A stretch of 49,516 bases of DNA from an uncultured Planctomycetales bacterium (GTDB lineage Bacteria; Omnitrophota; Gorgyraeia; Gygaellales; Profunditerraquicolaceae), in NCBI GenBank assembly GCA_964487475.1, contig CAZAPM010000008.1, forward strand, positions 57,187 through 106,702, in the 5' to 3' direction. Shown here piece by piece: positions 47,121 to 49,516 of the stretch. Position 1 is the stretch's first letter; the number at the start of each line of letters is the position of its first letter. Position numbers and translations under genes: made by a program. Under the pieces are notes generated by a model. It ran no database searches. It saw only the letters and a program-made list of their open reading frames with translations, and was not told the origin of the DNA.

Positions 47121-48827
47121 CTAAGGAAGGCTTTCGCGGTTGAATCCGAACCATGCGCTGAAATACAGCAATGCCCTCGGAAAAATGCGTGCCACCGCGG
47201 AAAGGTCCTTGATTATCCCCTCCCCCTGCAGAACCTTCGCGGCACGCGCCAGTGCTGCGGCAGACGCAAGACGCTCCTTCCCCTGCTGCAAGGCCCTGCC
47301 CCGAACCTGATAATCGCTCAAAAAAGGCATACCCAGACTTTCGGGGTGGTATCTCTTATATACCTGCAGGTAGAACTCCTTACCCGGCTGCGCCCGGGTC
47401 ACTGCCAAAAGCAGCTCCGGATAAAGGAAAGGGAACACCCGCGCAGGATGCACGAAATTATACGCGGGCCTCTCCCATCCATCCCCTTCGATCACATTGA
47501 AATAACTCCTAAGGATATGCCTCAAGAAAAAGAACAGCGCGGTATTGGCCCGAAAAGGAAACGGCACCTCTTTTTGCGCTTCTGCCAGATACTGCCCGGG
47601 AAGCCGTTCGATGCGCCGGATGAATCCCGCGCTGAAGATATCCTGCACCTGCGCACCGTCACCTTTTAAGTCGTAACCATCGACATCCCGGCCCAGCACC
47701 TCTCCTCCCATCAATCCGGAGAAGTGCGGCACGGTACACATCTGCCGCATGGCCCCGTTACGGGATACCGGAGATAACCCCGCAGCGATGTTCTTAGAAA
47801 GGTCCTGTAACCTCACCCCGCGCAACTTAAGTGCCCGCGGTTCCTTGCCTGTGCCGGCGTAAGAAGGGATGCTGATCAGCTCATGCCTGATCTTCAAATG
47901 CTTGGCAACACGGCACGCCAGCGCGACATCCAGAAGGTCGGTCCGCTCATTCCTGAAGGTGATCGCGGTCAGGTCGGTTCGCGCTCCCTTAAGCATGGAC
48001 GCGATCATCCGGGTATCCCTTCCTCCGGTCAGCGCAGTGAAGACTTTTCCGCCCGGCGGCAGGAAAGAAGCGATCCCCCGCGACAACGCGTCGTAGACCC
48101 CGGCTAACACATCCTTTTCCTTGCGCGCAGCGCTGCAACCGCTCTCCCAGGTGAAATACACCGATGTCCTCTTCTTGCCTCCGGAAAATTCCAGCGCAGT
48201 TGCCGGTCCAAAGTTCCTGATCTCCCGGACAAAAGTGCGTCCGTGCAGGATATACCCGCAGCAAAAGAACTGCGCGATGCTGTCATGGTCCAAGGACATG
48301 CGGATATACGGAGAGCGCAGGAGCGGCTCTGCTTCCGAGCAGAACGCAAATAACCCTCCGTCCTCGAAATAATACAGTGGGAAGAATCCGGCCTTGTCAT
48401 TGGCGATCAGCAGCTGCGCGCCGTCCGGACCGGCATGATCAAAGATGATGCAGGAAAAAATCCCCTCCATATCCCGCAGGAACTCCGGGCCTTTCGCCCG
48501 GTATTGCCGCAACGCTTCCTGTGGGGTCATTGGCCGGCCGGAGATCTCATTACCCGGGGTCCCGGCAAGCAGCACTGTTCCCTGCCGGGGATCGTGCCAC
48601 TTCCGGAAAGTCTGATCCGTCCCCTCGGCAAATATCCCGCCGACGTGCCCCAGCGGGATCCGAAACGCACAGGATGAGGAATACGGATCTTTTAATGCGG
48701 CACGCAGGCCGTTGAAAAACAACGCGGAACGCGCGTTTACACGGGCTGTTCTGAGATGGGTGCGGGGCACCTCTATTACCCCGAATATCTTAAACACTGG
48801 GATACTCCGGATGAAGTGACACAACAC
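47121..48827 (-). CDS. Asparagine-synthetase-like amide-forming enzyme (no N-terminal Cys evident); start uncertain
   Basis: G.F...D...L.IAND..G.FPLYY....FAFCSE, PP-loop LTGGRDTR, SGLMGGE. Confidence 0.72.
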   Translation of the reverse strand: MLCHFIRSIPVFKIFGVIEVPRTHLRTARVNARSALFFNGLRAALKDPYSSSCAFRIPLGHVGGIFAEGTDQTFRKWHDPRQGTVLLAGTPGNEISGRPMTPQEALRQYRAKGPEFLRDMEGIFSCIIFDHAGPDGAQLLIANDKAGFFPLYYFEDGGLFAFCSEAEPLLRSPYIRMSLDHDSIAQFFCCGYILHGRTFVREIRNFGPATALEFSGGKKRTSVYFTWESGCSAARKEKDVLAGVYDALSRGIASFLPPGGKVFTALTGGRDTRMIASMLKGARTDLTAITFRNERTDLLDVALACRVAKHLKIRHELISIPSYAGTGKEPRALKLRGVRLQDLSKNIAAGLSPVSRNGAMRQMCTVPHFSGLMGGEVLGRDVDGYDLKGDGAQVQDIFSAGFIRRIERLPGQYLAEAQKEVPFPFRANTALFFFLRHILRSYFNVIEGDGWERPAYNFVHPARVFPFLYPELLLAVTRAQPGKEFYLQVYKRYHPESLGMPFLSDYQVRGRALQQGKERLASAAALARAAKVLQGEGIIKDLSAVARIFPRALLYFSAWFGFNRESLP

Positions 48828-48851
48828 AACGACGCCGCGAGTATGATACTA

Positions 48852-49516
48852 TCAATCCCGGGTAATTTCAACAGCGGGATAATGCGCTTTCAGATATTTC
48901 TTTTGCGCATCAGAAGCCCTCTGCCAGGCGTTGCTTTTCTCGGTCAGGAAATACTTCGCCAGCGCATCGTTGTACCTTACCCCTCCTTCGAGCACCTCCA
49001 GGTCCGCCCTGTTGCGCACAAAGAAATCGTACAATCGCTCCTTACCCGGCTTGGAGAATCCCTCCGGCAGCGCATGGATATCCACATACTGCACGATCGC
49101 CGGAGCGCCGTTGGCATCCTCATAGGGAAACACGGGGCATAATACGCGGAACAAAAGATGGGCAAAAAGGTATTTCCGGCGGGGATGCACCGCGATACAC
49201 ATGCCGTCGCATTCCAGATGGTCGCGCGCATACTCCAGGAGCAGCTGGAAAAGGCTCATCAGGAGCTGCGGCTTGCCCGTGGAACTCGCGAGCATGACCA
49301 CTTCGCACATCCTCATCCCGGATTTGCGCAGGCTATCTATCGGATCGGCACAGATCTCCTGGGCAGGAAGGCCAAGGGAAGCGATATCCGGCACGATCGT
49401 CGCGGTTTCCACCACCACTCCTTCCGGAGTGATCCCGATGAACGTCGCGGCCCCGGGAAGGGCATTATACCAGCTGACCTTGATCTTCCCGGATGAGGGC
49501 CGGACGTATCCCTGCC
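48852..49516 (-). CDS. Second FeeM-like N-acyltransferase (5' end beyond window)
   Basis: Frame open to the window edge (QGYVRPSSGKIKVSWYNALPGAATF...), LGLPA..I, CEVVMLA, CIAVHP, ANGAPA; C-terminus resembles 37500-38318. Confidence 0.72.
   Translation of the reverse strand, partial: QGYVRPSSGKIKVSWYNALPGAATFIGITPEGVVVETATIVPDIASLGLPAQEICADPIDSLRKSGMRMCEVVMLASSTGKPQLLMSLFQLLLEYARDHLECDGMCIAVHPRRKYLFAHLLFRVLCPVFPYEDANGAPAIVQYVDIHALPEGFSKPGKERLYDFFVRNRADLEVLEGGVRYNDALAKYFLTEKSNAWQRASDAQKKYLKAHYPAVEITRD

Noticed and set aside
47121..48827. Lasso peptide cluster based on the AsnB-like gene
   Set aside because: No B protease, RRE or precursor peptide is visible in the window.

Overview
This is a GC-rich bacterial chromosome segment, most likely PVC superphylum (PVC small basic signature protein at 6227-6496). 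The gene mix fits Candidatus Omnitrophota, which is an inference. It appears to span the replication terminus: a dif site lies at 26916-26943, with genes mostly on + to its left and mostly on - to its right. The left half holds tRNA-Gly, housekeeping, envelope and c-di-GMP genes (dgt, aroB, gpmA, rlpA, PilZ proteins, HD-GYP), lexA, a radical SAM/SPASM operon with two paralogous exported Cys-motif proteins, and dinB. The right half holds rpoN with a GAF histidine kinase/NtrC-type/PocR-GAF locus. It also holds a putative acyl-amide biosynthesis and export cluster (two FeeM-like N-acyltransferases, AsnB-like enzyme, adenylating enzymes, B12 radical SAM, ABC transporter, LolA-like protein, beta-barrel). 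Main unannotated signals: (1) an HUH/Y1 (RAYT-like) transposase bracketed by 67-bp inverted repeats, plus non-autonomous copies bounded by TA that supply stop codons and a ribosome-binding site to neighbouring genes; (2) a candidate LexA operator TACCACAC-N4-GTGTGGTA at lexA and 1.2 kb upstream of dinB, with an antisense SGNH gene between; (3) many apparently leaderless genes. All calls are by eye; no database searches were run.
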